Part shown: one piece after another, positions 60,151 through 64,000 of the stretch | How the letters are laid out: every line of letters starts with the position of its first letter | Position numbering within the stretch: position 1 is the stretch's first letter | Source of the DNA: Eledone cirrhosa | Taxonomy: Eukaryota | Direction of reading: 5' to 3' | Assembly (NCBI GenBank): GCA_964016885.1 | Contig: OZ024745.1 | Location: 106,330,001-106,394,000, forward strand | Length of the DNA stretch: 64,000 bases | Translations under genes and position numbers: made by a program | Notes under the pieces: generated by a model | Told to the model about the DNA's origin: nothing | The model's database searches: none | The model's input: the letters and a program-made list of their open reading frames with translations, nothing else

Positions 60151-60735
60151 TAATATATATATACACATATATATATATATACACACATATATATATACAC
60201 ACATATATACATACATATACGCGTACAAAAATATGCCTATATGCCTACCTAAATGTGTGTTAATAAATAACTGTTTACGTTAATGTAAGAGGGCGGGACA
60301 AGATCAACACCGAACTAGTAATAAGGAGTGGAATGAAGAAAGAAATATATGAGCTGGTGAAGTGGGTGGAGGGGCGGGGTGAATGACGGGCGGTTGAATC
60401 ACTGAGATTGTCAATGAATCCTTAATATCACCTGAAGAAGTTTACCCCTGGCGATTTAACCTGACGGATTATAGCGGATTACAATTGAAGTATGAACAGG
60501 TGCAAGGTTCTCAACGCAGTAAGACAGAAGAGACGTAGGAAGAATGAACGGGAGACATATGTGTAAAACTACTAGAGAGCAATGGTGGTGACGGCAGTGG
60601 GGTGTAGAGAAATAATAAGAAATTCGGAGATAACGAGTGAGATAGAGGGGGGAGAGAGAGATTGAAAGTCGGAGAGTATAGAGATAGATGTGAGTGGGAG
60701 AGAGAGAGAGATTGAAAGTCGGAGATGAGAGAGAT

Positions 60736-60777
<42 letters not shown>

Positions 60778-60891
60778 AGTTTGAAAGTCGGAGATGAGAG
60801 AGTTAGAGTGAGGGAAAACAGTAACAGGAAAATGGTATACACACACATATCTACATCCACACACTTACACACACACACACACAAATACACA

Positions 60892-60944
<53 letters not shown>

Positions 60945-61318
60945 ATATATATATATATATATATATATAAACAATTGCGCGTGCGTGTTTGCATTTATAC
61001 ATACAAGAGAGAGATAGATAGAGAGAGAGAGTGAGAGCGAGAGAGAGATGGGTGGGGGCGTGGGATGGGGTTGATAAAGAGGGGTAGAGATAAAGAAGGT
61101 TTGTGATATATTATAAGCCATATCATTTGTCACTCCACTCCTATCAACAGGCATGAGAGAGTGATAGCTGTGTTAAAAACCACTGAAACAATGAATGAGG
61201 TCTTAGCGCCATTTTATTTCAGGTTACTGCGTGCTTTTATAGGAAAAGTCATAGTATCTTTGACCAGCCAAGCCCCACTCTTTGGTGTTGTTTTTCTTTA
61301 AGCTTTACAGGCATATCT

Positions 61319-61970
61319 GGTGGATTGGCAGTATCGGTAGAGGGTCGGACGCCATGCTTTGACGCATAGAGTTACGGCCCTTGCCATTCTGAGTTCAAAT
61401 CCAGCCGAGGTTAACTTTGCCTTTCATCCTTACGGGGTCGATGAAATAAAGTACCAGTCACGTACTGGAGACGATTTAATCGCCCCCCCCCCCAAAGAAT
61501 TACTGGCCTTGCGGCTATACTAGAAATCATTATTGTTGTTTGGTGGATTGGCAGTATCGGTAGAGGGTCGGACGCCATGCTTTGACGCATTGAGTTACGG
61601 CCCTTGCTATTCTGAGTTCAAATCCCGCCGAGGTTAATTTTGCCTTTCATCCTTGCGGGGTCGATAAAATAAAGTACCAGTAATACACTGGCGTAATTGC
61701 TGGCCTTGTGCCAAAAAGTAGAAACGCTTATTGTTGTTTAGCAGGGCGGTGGTTTGGCAGTATCGGTAGAGCGTCGGATACCATGTTTTGCAACAGAGAG
61801 TTACGGCCCTTTACAGCCTGATTTTAAATCCCGCCGAGGTTAACTTTTCTTTTCATCCTTACGGAGTCGATAAAATAAAGTACCAGTCACACACTGGGGT
61901 GGATTTAATCGACTTTCCGCTCACCCAAACTGCTGGCCTTGTGCCTATAATAGAAATCATTATTGTTGTT
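61319..61970 (+). mobile_element. Three head-to-tail S1 SINEs
   Basis: Copies at 61319-61540, 61541-61740 and 61744-61970. Confidence 0.9.
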
Positions 61971-62527
61971 TAGCCCTAGGTTAGGCTCGAGCAAGCATAC
62001 CTATTGCCATATGCGTAACATCTACGACAATTCTCACTTCCTTTTCGCCACGAATAAACTATAATTAAATTAGGCAACGTTTCCTCCTTGTTGTTATGTG
62101 TATGATTTGAGCGAGATATGGCTGCTATTTCTAACAAGATAAGTGACACTAAGAGACTTCTTCGTTATCTTGTCAATACAAACAAAACTTAGTACCGCCA
62201 GGTGTGTATACTTATACATATTGACACAAGAATCCAACAAATATGTACCACCTACCTGCACGCATACACAGATATACATACACATGTATAATCATACACC
62301 CATTTTGGACACAAATACACACAAAATCTCACTATCATACTTTCACACACATAGACACATACATGCCTGTAGATAAATACATAGAGATACAGACACAAAT
62401 AACATTACCCCGAATTTGGGAAACAGTGGGTGAGGCTAGAGGGAGAAAGGAGATGTGTGTTAGTAAGTGTGTGTATGAGATTTAGCGTTGATATACAGTA
62501 TGTGTTTTTGGTGATTGGGAATCTGTG

Positions 62528-64000
<1,473 letters not shown>

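Overview
AT-rich, microsatellite-saturated eukaryotic DNA with no recognisable host exon. The repeat content (tRNA-derived SINEs, RTE and R4/Dong LINEs, Helitrons, (AT)n tracts) fits a mollusc, probably an octopod cephalopod (inference). Nearly all listed ORFs are microsatellite artefacts; the only real coding remnants are transposon-derived. The main unexplained signal is a dense set of short non-coding elements wedged between (AT)n tracts. About a dozen sequence-unrelated families carry a type I hammerhead ribozyme fold (stem I-CUGANGA-stem II-GAAA-stem III, often palindromic, then NUH). They form long hairpins (antisense copy + sense copy + unpaired tail) or ~450-650 bp direct repeats, and many share a YGAGTRC motif in the tail. 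This matches non-autonomous Penelope-like / retrozyme-type retroelements that appear to target (AT)n. All folds were read by eye, and coordinates are approximate to a few bases.
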